Positions 1 to 7,972 of a stretch of 17,512 nucleotides of DNA are shown here, one piece after another; within the stretch, counting starts at the first letter, position 1; each line of letters opens with the position of its first letter. Source of the stretch: Fibrobacteria bacterium (GTDB lineage: Bacteria; Fibrobacterota; Fibrobacteria; UBA11236). The translations under genes were made by a program, and so were the position numbers. Where the stretch lies: the NCBI GenBank assembly GCA_041746255.1, contig JBGTHM010000006.1, positions 1 to 17,512 on the forward strand. The letters are read 5' to 3'. A model generated the notes under the pieces. It was given only the letters and a program-made list of their open reading frames with translations, was not told the origin of the DNA and did not search any database.

Positions 1-1014
1 AAGGCTGCGTATCTCCAGGCAATTGCCTATAACCTCACCGGCGATCCCGTTTACGCCATAAACAGTATGCGGATTTATCAAGCCTATGGGGAAAATTTGA
101 AGGAAGTAACGGGGAGCGATAGCCGGCTGGTTATCGCATGGATCGGAAGCGTGTTCATTTATGGGCTGGAGATCCTCAAGTACACGTATCCAGATTACGA
201 TCCGGCCGTTGAAAAGGCATTCATGAGCATGTATGACAAGTTATTTTTTCCGATTCTGCGCGATTGGCGACACCTCGCCTACCCGAGGAATAATTGGGGC
301 GTCGCAGGCAACGAATCCCTGGCAGCCGCCGCGATTTTTAAAAACGATACCGCCTTGTTCCGCAAAACGATTGATAACTACAAATTTTACCTCGAAGTCA
401 ACGTCAACAAATCCGGAGTTCCACTCGAGCTTAAACGCGACCTTGAGCATGCGCAGGAATCGGTGGGCTCATCGGTACAAAATGCCGAATTGTTCTGGAC
501 GCACGGAGTCGATGTTTACCACATAAGTGACGACCGTTTGGCTAAAGCAGTCGAGATGATGGCCGATACCATGCTTGCCCGACTTGCCCGGAAGACCACC
601 GATGAACATGATCGACCGAGGGGATCAGCGTGGGAAATGGCCTATAACCATTTCCATCACCGAAAAGGCATGCCAATGACCAAGACGAAAACCGTGGTGC
701 TTACCCAGATTCGGCCGGATTTCATTGATGGGGAAAGATGGGGAATGGGATCACTCCTTAGGGGTGACTTCGACGACGCCGACAAACCCGTGCTCCTCGC
801 GGATTTTACCGCCCGCGGTCCAAGGCAGTTCGCCACGCAACCCAAAATCGTCCTTTTCCGTTTGCCAGGGTCCCATCGCGATAACGACATCGCCGGAAAC
901 CAGTCTCTCGGGGCGTCCATCCTCGTGAGTCCCGGTTCGTCATCCGCTGGTCCCGGGCACTTTGAACGAGGCTACTATTCTTTGAGCGGCCAGAGGGTGT
1001 TAAGCATTCGGTGA
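1..1014 (+). CDS. Alginate-lyase-family (PF05426-like) secreted protein, paralog A; 5'-truncated by the window edge
   Basis: Frame 1 is open from base 1 (KAAYLQAIAYNLTGDPVYAINSM...) and aligns with paralog B at 1471, so ATG 67 is internal. Motifs: NNWG, E-x-x-RD-x-x-H-x-Q, WEMAYNHF. The tail ends GYYSLSGQRV. Confidence 0.75.
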   Translation, partial: KAAYLQAIAYNLTGDPVYAINSMRIYQAYGENLKEVTGSDSRLVIAWIGSVFIYGLEILKYTYPDYDPAVEKAFMSMYDKLFFPILRDWRHLAYPRNNWGVAGNESLAAAAIFKNDTALFRKTIDNYKFYLEVNVNKSGVPLELKRDLEHAQESVGSSVQNAELFWTHGVDVYHISDDRLAKAVEMMADTMLARLARKTTDEHDRPRGSAWEMAYNHFHHRKGMPMTKTKTVVLTQIRPDFIDGERWGMGSLLRGDFDDADKPVLLADFTARGPRQFATQPKIVLFRLPGSHRDNDIAGNQSLGASILVSPGSSSAGPGHFERGYYSLSGQRVLSIR

Positions 1015-1149
1015 ACTCCTTATTTGCTTTTCCTTCCTTTCGGAAGCCTACTGCCGCAAACACCGGGACGGCCCGGAAACGACTTTATGATAGGACGCAG
1101 TTCCCCTGCAGGCAATGGTCCGCATCTCCTCCCGGAAAGGTGGAAAAGC

Positions 1150-2484
1150 ATGAATAGCGAAAACGACCCTCACGCGACACGAAATCCGCGCTTTGGAATA
1201 ATGTGGTTTGCGATGTTTGTTGCGTACCAGTTCTCAATGTTGGACGCTACCGCCCAGTTTGTCCATCCCGGGCATCACGTCACCAAGGAGGACCTTGGGG
1301 AAATAAAACGGCGTATTCAGGCGGGAATCGAGCCCCAAAAATCGGCGTATGTCAGAATGATGAACGAGCCGTTTCTGAGCAAAAGCTGGACACCCAGCAA
1401 TGTCCCCCGCATCGAGCGGGGAGGGGGTGGAAAACCGAATATCGGGCACCCCTTGGCATCTAAGGATGCCAAGGCTGCGTATACCCAGGCAATCGCATAT
1501 TTCCTCACCGGTGATCCCGATTACGCCAAAAACAGTATGCGGATTTATAAAGCCTATGGGGAAAACTTGAAGGAAATATCGGGGTGGGATAGCCGGCTGT
1601 CTATCGGATGGGTCGGAGGCGTGTTCATTTACGGGCTGGAAATCCTCAAGTACACCTATCCAGACTTCGATCCGGCCGTTGAAACGACATTCATGACCAT
1701 GTTTGACAAGTTATACACTACTGTGCTGCTCGGTCCCTACCCGACGAATAATTGGGGTTGCGCAGGCAACGAATCCCTGACGGCCACCGCGATTTTTAAA
1801 AACGATACCGCCATGTTCAACAAAGCGATTGACAACTACAAAGGGTACCTCAACAGCAACACCGCCAGCTCCGGATTTCCACTCGCGATTCGCCGCGACC
1901 TGGAGCATGCGCAGGAAGCGGTGGGCTCACTGGTACAAAATGCCGAATTGTTCTGGACGCAGGGAGTCGATGTTTACAGCCTGGATGACAATCGTTTGGC
2001 CAAAGGAGTCGAGATACTTGCCGATAGCGTGCTTGCCCGGCTTGCCCGGAAAACAAAGGATTCACATGATACTCCGAGGGCATCAGCGTGGGAAATGGCC
2101 TATAACCATTTCCATCACCGGAAAGGCATGGCGATGCCCAAGACGAAAGCCCTGATCCTTGCCCACATTCGGCCGGATTTCCTTGATGGGGAAAAATGGG
2201 GGCTGGGATCACTCCTTAGGGGCGACTTCGACGACGCCGGCAAAACCGTGCTCCTCGCAGATTTTTCCGCCCGGGGTCCACGGCAGTTCGCCTCGCAACC
2301 AAAAATCGTCCTTTTCCGTTTGCAGGGGTCCAATCGCGATACCGACATCACCGGAAACAATCCTCTCGGGGCGTCTATCCTCGTGAGCCCCGGTTCATCC
2401 GCTGGTCCCGGTACCTTCGAACGGGGCTATTATTCTTTGAGCGGCCAGAGAGTGCTTAAAATTTACTCCCGAAATCTCGACTAA
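1150..2484 (+). CDS. Alginate-lyase-family secreted protein, paralog B
   Basis: Start moved from 1024 to ATG 1150, which follows AAGGTGGAAAAGC and matches paralog C. Signal peptide ends ...DATA|Q. FVHPG N-terminal motif, NNWG, RDLEHAQ, WEMAYNHF; sorting-like tail. Confidence 0.78.
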   Translation: MNSENDPHATRNPRFGIMWFAMFVAYQFSMLDATAQFVHPGHHVTKEDLGEIKRRIQAGIEPQKSAYVRMMNEPFLSKSWTPSNVPRIERGGGGKPNIGHPLASKDAKAAYTQAIAYFLTGDPDYAKNSMRIYKAYGENLKEISGWDSRLSIGWVGGVFIYGLEILKYTYPDFDPAVETTFMTMFDKLYTTVLLGPYPTNNWGCAGNESLTATAIFKNDTAMFNKAIDNYKGYLNSNTASSGFPLAIRRDLEHAQEAVGSLVQNAELFWTQGVDVYSLDDNRLAKGVEILADSVLARLARKTKDSHDTPRASAWEMAYNHFHHRKGMAMPKTKALILAHIRPDFLDGEKWGLGSLLRGDFDDAGKTVLLADFSARGPRQFASQPKIVLFRLQGSNRDTDITGNNPLGASILVSPGSSAGPGTFERGYYSLSGQRVLKIYSRNLD

Positions 2485-2632
2485 AAAAGGAAGGCATGGA
2501 AGTCACAAATTTTCCAGGGCTTCAAATTGGCATGTTACCTGAAACACACCTCGGTACACGTAACCTTACCGGAACATTCTGGCATTTTTTCATACCATTA
2601 AAACGGGCTTTTTCGCCTAATTTGGAGGTTTT

Positions 2633-3943
2633 ATGCGAACGATTTTTTCTTCGGGGTCTCTTTTTTATTGGATGGTCTTGGCAATGGCGGTATTCCATGC
2701 CTGGCCCCAGACAGTATCTGGTGTTGTGGAAGAACAGGGGACGGGTAAAAAGATAGCCGGCGCCATTGTTACAAGGCTCTCCGATGAGTTGGAAGCAGTG
2801 ACCGATTCCGAGGGACGCTTTACTATCGGCCCAGTAGCGGTGGAACGTCCGGCCAAAACCAAATCTCTCTGCAAGTACGATTTTTCCACCCTGCATCTTT
2901 TCTTCCAGGGACAAAAAGAGGTGATGGTAAAAAGGTACGATGTCGGCGGACGCCTGATAGCCCCTGTCTTTTCCGCCAAACTCAAACAAGGGATCCATCC
3001 TCTGGTACCCCCCCGCAGCCTGTCGCCGGGTCTTTATTTCACTGAGGTGAAGATTGAAGCGGACAGGTATCTTTTTACGCATACCAACCTTGGCGGGGGC
3101 GCGACAGGCAATGCGAGCACCACTCCAATGGCGAAAAGGACGGCTGCCGCCGCCGCTCCTGATACACTGCATGTATGGGCCGACCGCTATCTCAATTATT
3201 CCATGGCTATGCAAGAGGGCGTGTCAAACCATACTGTTAATTTGACAGCGCTTCCTACCAGCACCAGCGCGCCTATGGCCTCAACCAGACTTATCATTTT
3301 AGAAGAAAACGGCATGGTGGCGGTGGAAGCGGAACACTTTATCCGCACTGCCAAAATTGAGAAGCGCGCCTGGTATTTGAACGCCCAGGGCCATATTCCG
3401 GCGCCGGAGCCCGACCATGATACCGCTTCCGCGGAAGAAGCCGGAGGCAAGGCCTATATCGAAGTACTGCCCGATACCTGGCACAAAAAAGGCGATCCGA
3501 AACTATGGGGGGAGAACGCGGGCCGCTATGGCGGTGATTTAGCCATTGTGGAGTACGATATAAAGTTCACTACCACCGGCCGGTTTTATCTCTGGACCCG
3601 GATCCGATCCAACGACCAGGAAGACAACACTCTTTCCGGAGGTATCGACAACACTTGGCCCGATCTCTCATATATCCTGCAGCATAATGTGTTCACTGGA
3701 GAGTGGGACTGGAACGATAGCGCCCGGTTTGTATTTCAACCACCCAAAGGCGACGGGACGAATAAAGTGTTTTACGATATTAAAGAAGCGGGGCTGCATA
3801 CGATCATGTTCAGCATGCGCGAAGACGGCGCAGAGTTCGACCGGTTTTTCCTGACCAAACAAGCGGGTTACGAGCATCCCGGTTCCGGCGTAGGTCCCAA
3901 GGCCAGCCGACCTGCAAGGGGCGTTCTTCCCTCCTCTTTTTAA
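2633..3943 (+). CDS. Secreted protein: carboxypeptidase-regulatory-like beta-domain with an internal sorting-like insert, plus a C-terminal CBM/GH115-C-like beta-sandwich
   Basis: GGAGG RBS and signal peptide. VSGVV..G..IAGAIV...TDSEGRFTI; insert YDVGGRLI...LSPGLYF; DTLHVWADRY; C-terminal VAVEAE...GRFYLWTR...EDN...WDW...GLHTIMFSMREDGAEFDRF. Confidence 0.7.
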   Translation: MRTIFSSGSLFYWMVLAMAVFHAWPQTVSGVVEEQGTGKKIAGAIVTRLSDELEAVTDSEGRFTIGPVAVERPAKTKSLCKYDFSTLHLFFQGQKEVMVKRYDVGGRLIAPVFSAKLKQGIHPLVPPRSLSPGLYFTEVKIEADRYLFTHTNLGGGATGNASTTPMAKRTAAAAAPDTLHVWADRYLNYSMAMQEGVSNHTVNLTALPTSTSAPMASTRLIILEENGMVAVEAEHFIRTAKIEKRAWYLNAQGHIPAPEPDHDTASAEEAGGKAYIEVLPDTWHKKGDPKLWGENAGRYGGDLAIVEYDIKFTTTGRFYLWTRIRSNDQEDNTLSGGIDNTWPDLSYILQHNVFTGEWDWNDSARFVFQPPKGDGTNKVFYDIKEAGLHTIMFSMREDGAEFDRFFLTKQAGYEHPGSGVGPKASRPARGVLPSSF

Positions 3944-3960
3944 ATTTAAAGGATAGCTCC

Positions 3961-5166
3961 ATGCAAAGATCAACTGTCTCTAATTTGCTGGTATTTGCCC
4001 TTGTGAGCCTTTTCTCAATCCGCTGCCCGGCCCAGTCAGGAATCATATTTGATAAAGCCACGGGGACTCCGGTGGCAGGGGCCCTTATCACCCGCTCATC
4101 GGATAAGATGAGCGTATCTGCCGACTCCCTTGGGTCTTTTAACTTTCAGGCCGCATCCATAAACCGGGAGAGGTCGCTGGATTACAGGCCATTACCCATA
4201 CCAGGCAATGGCGCCTCCTTGTTTGGCCTGGCCGGTCGAAGGATTTCGCCGCACCGCGCGGCGGACGGGATATATGTGTTACGCGTGTCCGCCGGCGGCG
4301 CGGACATCTGGTCACGGGTACTATTGACCACGGGCGGGATACCTGTTACCGGCGGCATGCCGGCCGCCGGACCTGATGGAGGCCGGGCTGCTCTGGCCCG
4401 GGTCGCGGCGGCCCTGGATACGCTGTATGCTTGGAAGGGCGGCTACTATGTGGCCCAGGCCACGGTTGAACCGGCTAAAAATCATGAAATTTACCTTGAA
4501 AAAAGCGTTCCGACCAGGCCGGTAGCGGGTAGTGATCTCATATTTGGCGGAAATGATACCCTGATAGTAGTGGAGGCGGAATGCTTTTTTTCCCAAACCA
4601 ACGATAATACCAAAGCCTGGTATATTACCGCGCCGTTTTCGGTTCCGGACGTGAAACCGGATATCGACTCTCCCCATTACAATACCGCATCAGGCGGTGC
4701 CTATGTGGAAGTGCTTCCCGACAGTGGCCATGACGGCCAGAAGATTATCCCCGGTGTTACCTATAGCAAGGATGGAGGCGTCATGGCAGTGATTTCCTAC
4801 AAGGTGCTCATCCGCATTCCTGGGCGGTACTATATATGGGCACGGGCTCTGGGCACAGACGGAGACGACAATACCTTTCACATGGGGATTAATAACAATT
4901 GGCCAAATGTAAAAATGCACGTTTTACCTGCGGACGAAGTTTGGCGTTGGACAAGCCGCCACCGCGATACTGGAGAAAAAGTATTTTTTGATATCAAAGA
5001 TGCGGGAGTGCATACTATTTCGATTTCCATGCGCGAAGACGGTAGCGAAGTGGACCGCTTTCTTCTGGTAAGGAGCGAAAACTACACGCCTCCGGAGCTG
5101 GAGCTGGGTCCCCCGGTCACCATTTCGGGCGGCTATTATCCCGATTTTTCACTTTGGGCGGATTAA
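3961..5166 (+). CDS. Secreted paralog of 2633..3943 with the same architecture
   Basis: AAGGA RBS and signal peptide ...CPA|Q. Shares IVVEAE, GGAYVEVLPD, GRYYIWAR, DDN, SMREDGSEVDRF with the upstream gene; insert LFGLAGRR...DGIYVLRV. Confidence 0.7.
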   Translation: MQRSTVSNLLVFALVSLFSIRCPAQSGIIFDKATGTPVAGALITRSSDKMSVSADSLGSFNFQAASINRERSLDYRPLPIPGNGASLFGLAGRRISPHRAADGIYVLRVSAGGADIWSRVLLTTGGIPVTGGMPAAGPDGGRAALARVAAALDTLYAWKGGYYVAQATVEPAKNHEIYLEKSVPTRPVAGSDLIFGGNDTLIVVEAECFFSQTNDNTKAWYITAPFSVPDVKPDIDSPHYNTASGGAYVEVLPDSGHDGQKIIPGVTYSKDGGVMAVISYKVLIRIPGRYYIWARALGTDGDDNTFHMGINNNWPNVKMHVLPADEVWRWTSRHRDTGEKVFFDIKDAGVHTISISMREDGSEVDRFLLVRSENYTPPELELGPPVTISGGYYPDFSLWAD

Positions 5167-5221
5167 AAGGCTCAAATGCGAAATGGTGCCTTAGGTGCCT
5201 GACGCCCCGTTCTTGGCGTCG

Positions 5222-5246
5222 AATCGTTTTGTGAGCTAATCGATTT
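5222..5246. promoter_or_regulatory. Candidate operator, copy 1: AATCGTTTTGTGAGCTAATCGATTT
   Basis: 24/25 identical to 9886..9910. Intergenic, about 180 nt upstream of the next start codon; inverted-repeat arms. Confidence 0.55.
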
Positions 5247-5422
5247 TTCCCAGGCCCCTTCAATTCCCACGCCCCTTTAACGGGAGCGGGGGATAGATTC
5301 AATATTCCGAACAGCAATGGCCAAGGCCGGCTGGGGCGCCCGGAAGGACTGATGAAGTGGAAGCGGAACGGCAAGCCCCTGCAGGCAATGGCCGGCATCT
5401 CCTCCTAAAAAGGTGGAAAAGC

Positions 5423-6736
5423 ATGAATCACGAAAAAGACCGGTACGCGACACGAAATCCGACATTTGGAAGAATGTGGCTTGCCATGTTTGTTGTGTGC
5501 ATGTTCTCAATGCTGAACGCAACCGCCCAGTTTATCCATCCCGGGGGGCACGTCACCAAGGAGGACCTTGCGGAAATAAAACGACGTATTCAGGCGGGAA
5601 TCGAGCCCCAAAAATCCGCGTATGAAAAAATGATGGCCCATCAGTATCTGAGCAAAAGCTGGACACCCAGCAATGTTCCCCTCATCCATCGTAGTCAGAA
5701 GAATATCGGGCACCCGCAAGCACGTAATGATGCTAAGGTCGCATATCTCCAGGCAATCGCCTATAACCTCACCGGCGATCCCGTTTACGCCAAAAACAGT
5801 ATGCGGATTTATAAAGCCTATGGGGAAAACTTGAAACAAATTACGGCGGCCGATAGCCGGCTGGTTATCGCATGGCTCGGAGGCATATTCCTTTATGGGC
5901 TGGAGATCCTCAAGTACACGTACCCGGACTTCGATCCGGCCGTTGAAAAGGTATTCATGAGCATGTATGACAAGTTATTCCTTTCGGTGCTTGTCACTCC
6001 CTACCCGGTGACGAGTAATTGGGGCCACGCAGCCGGCGAGTCCCATACAGCCGCCGCGATTTTTAAAAACGATACCGCCATGTTCAACAAAGCGATTAGC
6101 AACTTCAAAGAGTATGTCCGCGGCGGCACCCAAAACGACGGATTTCCAAACTCGATTAAACGCGACCTGGAGCATTCGCAGGAAGCGGTGGGCTCACTGG
6201 TACAAGGTGCCGAATTGTTCTGGACGCACGGAGTCGACGTGTACAGCATGGATGACAATCGTTTGGCTAAAGCAGTCGAGATACTTGCCGATACCCTGCT
6301 TACCCGGCTTGCCCGGAAGACAAAGGATTCACATGATACTCCGAGGGCATCAGGGTGGGAAATGGCCTATAACCATTTCCATCACCGGAAAGGCCTGGCG
6401 ATGCCCAAGACGAAAACCCTGGTGCTTACTCAGATTCGGCCGGATTTCATTGATGCGGAAAAATGGGGGCTGGGATCGCTCCTTAGGGGCGACTTCGACG
6501 ACGCCGGCAAAACCGTGCTCCTCGCGGATTTTTCCGGTCGCGGTACACGGCAGCTCGCCAGGCAACCAAAAATCGTCCTTTTCCGTTTGCCAGGGTCCAA
6601 TCGCGATACCGACATCACCGGAAACAATCCTCTCGGGGCGTCTATCCTCGTGAGCCCCGGTTCATCCGCTGGTCCCGGTACCTTCGAACGGGGCTACTAT
6701 TCTTTGAGCGGCCAGAAGGTGTTAAGCATTTGGTGA
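5423..6736 (+). CDS. Alginate-lyase-family secreted protein, paralog C
   Basis: ATG 5423 follows AAGGTGGAAAAGC, the same leader as paralog B. Signal peptide ends ...NATA|Q. FIHPG, SNWG, RDLEHSQ, WEMAYNHF; clear DNA-level homology to A and B. Confidence 0.78.
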   Translation: MNHEKDRYATRNPTFGRMWLAMFVVCMFSMLNATAQFIHPGGHVTKEDLAEIKRRIQAGIEPQKSAYEKMMAHQYLSKSWTPSNVPLIHRSQKNIGHPQARNDAKVAYLQAIAYNLTGDPVYAKNSMRIYKAYGENLKQITAADSRLVIAWLGGIFLYGLEILKYTYPDFDPAVEKVFMSMYDKLFLSVLVTPYPVTSNWGHAAGESHTAAAIFKNDTAMFNKAISNFKEYVRGGTQNDGFPNSIKRDLEHSQEAVGSLVQGAELFWTHGVDVYSMDDNRLAKAVEILADTLLTRLARKTKDSHDTPRASGWEMAYNHFHHRKGLAMPKTKTLVLTQIRPDFIDAEKWGLGSLLRGDFDDAGKTVLLADFSGRGTRQLARQPKIVLFRLPGSNRDTDITGNNPLGASILVSPGSSAGPGTFERGYYSLSGQKVLSIW

Positions 6737-6860
6737 ATGCGTTAAAAACAGGCGGCAAAAATCCGATTTTACCGCTAGACCAGAGTGAATGAATGAGATG
6801 GCAATTATGGTAAATCCATAATTGCCTTATGAATGATGCGGTTACAATCCAGAGGATGAT

Positions 6861-7922
6861 ATGACAAGCAAATGTTTATTGGCCCTATTTTTTGCCGCGA
6901 CCCAACTTTGGTCCAATCCTCCCCAATATTTACAGTCCAGACTGAAAAACGCCATATTATTGAACCGGGGAAATGCCCATGGCCCCACGACCCAGGCATC
7001 GGTAAACGCTCTTGTGGCATTGGCAAAAGACAAGAATTTCAAATTGGACGTCGTTCAGGATTCCAAAAAATTCAATGAGCAGGATTTGAAAAACTACCAA
7101 GTCGTCCTTTTTATCCAGAACCGCACCATCGGTTTTACCGAAGCCGAAAAAAAAGCCTTCGAAAATTGGTTCAAACAAGGCGGCGGCGTATTCGCCACCC
7201 ATGCCGCCACGGCATCCCAGAATTGGAACTATTATCACGAAATAATGGGAGCCCGACTCGCGCCTCATTCCGATGTGATTCCTACCAATATAACCGTTTC
7301 TTCGAAATCCCATCCTGTCATGCAAGGTCTTGATATTACCAACCTGCGTTGGACGGATGAATGGTTTTATTGGCAGGAAGACCCCAGCACGAAGCCGGGC
7401 GTCGAGGTTCTGCTCACGGTGGATTTTTCCAAGCCCGAATTCGATCCGGGCAAACACAAGCACCCGGTTCCGGTTCGAGCCGTTTATCCCAATGCCTGGG
7501 TTAAAGAAACCGATGGGGGCAGGTTCATTACCTGGGGCGGGACGCATACAACGGAAGCCCTGGAGGATTTCCCCGCTTTTTTCAATGGATTCGTTTTTAA
7601 CAGCCTGAAATATGTAGCGCGATACGATACCGTCTCGGAATGCGGCAATAGCAGCATGTGCACGGCGATTGGACCCAGCTCGACGGTATCTAAATATGAA
7701 TCCCGCAATAAAATCGAATTTTTAGCGGCAATCATAAATTCCAAAAATTGGAAAATTCTGGATAGTAAGGGAAAAATAATCCACCGGGGCAAGGGCGGTA
7801 ACGGCGATGTTCCCGATCTGCCGCGCGGATTGTATTTTTTCAAAATTCAGGATAATCACGGCACCCACGTGTATAAATACGTGGAACTGAATTCGAAACT
7901 CATATCCTCACGAAATCAGTAG
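6861..7922 (+). CDS. ThuA-like (trehalose-utilisation, class I glutamine-amidotransferase-like fold) secreted protein with sorting-like tail
   Basis: GAGG RBS and signal peptide. Motifs LKNYQVVLF, EKKAFENWFKQGGGVFATHAA, HPVM, WTDEWFY, VLLTVD, W....GGR.....GTH. Tail ILDSKGK...LPRGLYFFKI. Confidence 0.85.
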   Translation: MTSKCLLALFFAATQLWSNPPQYLQSRLKNAILLNRGNAHGPTTQASVNALVALAKDKNFKLDVVQDSKKFNEQDLKNYQVVLFIQNRTIGFTEAEKKAFENWFKQGGGVFATHAATASQNWNYYHEIMGARLAPHSDVIPTNITVSSKSHPVMQGLDITNLRWTDEWFYWQEDPSTKPGVEVLLTVDFSKPEFDPGKHKHPVPVRAVYPNAWVKETDGGRFITWGGTHTTEALEDFPAFFNGFVFNSLKYVARYDTVSECGNSSMCTAIGPSSTVSKYESRNKIEFLAAIINSKNWKILDSKGKIIHRGKGGNGDVPDLPRGLYFFKIQDNHGTHVYKYVELNSKLISSRNQ

Positions 7923-7972
7923 CAAATGCTTTGATGGTAAGGATAATTTTCAGTACCCACTCCACCTAGGAA

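Noticed and set aside
1024..1149. N-terminal extensions given in the ORF track for lyase B (1024) and lyase C (5357)
   Set aside because: The RBS-like sequence and signal peptides fit ATG 1150 and ATG 5423. The extensions are better read as shared leader.
2528..2543. Sigma-54-like promoter TGGCATGTTACCTGA
   Set aside because: The -12 position reads GA rather than the near-invariant GC.
2522..3214. Long antisense or alternate-frame ORFs (2522..3214, 6114..6653, 6957..7547, 8003..8998, 13037..13537 and others)
   Set aside because: They largely or wholly overlap well-supported genes and have no recognisable motifs, so they are treated as shadow ORFs.
5348..5372. Hammerhead ribozyme suggested by CTGATGA
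   Set aside because: There is no correctly placed GAAA after a stem II, and the homologous leader of paralog B reads CTTTATGA.
1..6736. Lyase repeats as diversity-generating retroelement TR/VR pairs
   Set aside because: Differences involve all four bases and in-frame indels rather than being adenine-specific. All copies are intact ORFs and no reverse transcriptase is present in the window.
6752..6775. Hairpin GCGGCAAAA...TTTTACCGC as an intrinsic terminator
   Set aside because: The stem has a mismatch and no U tract follows; too weak to call.
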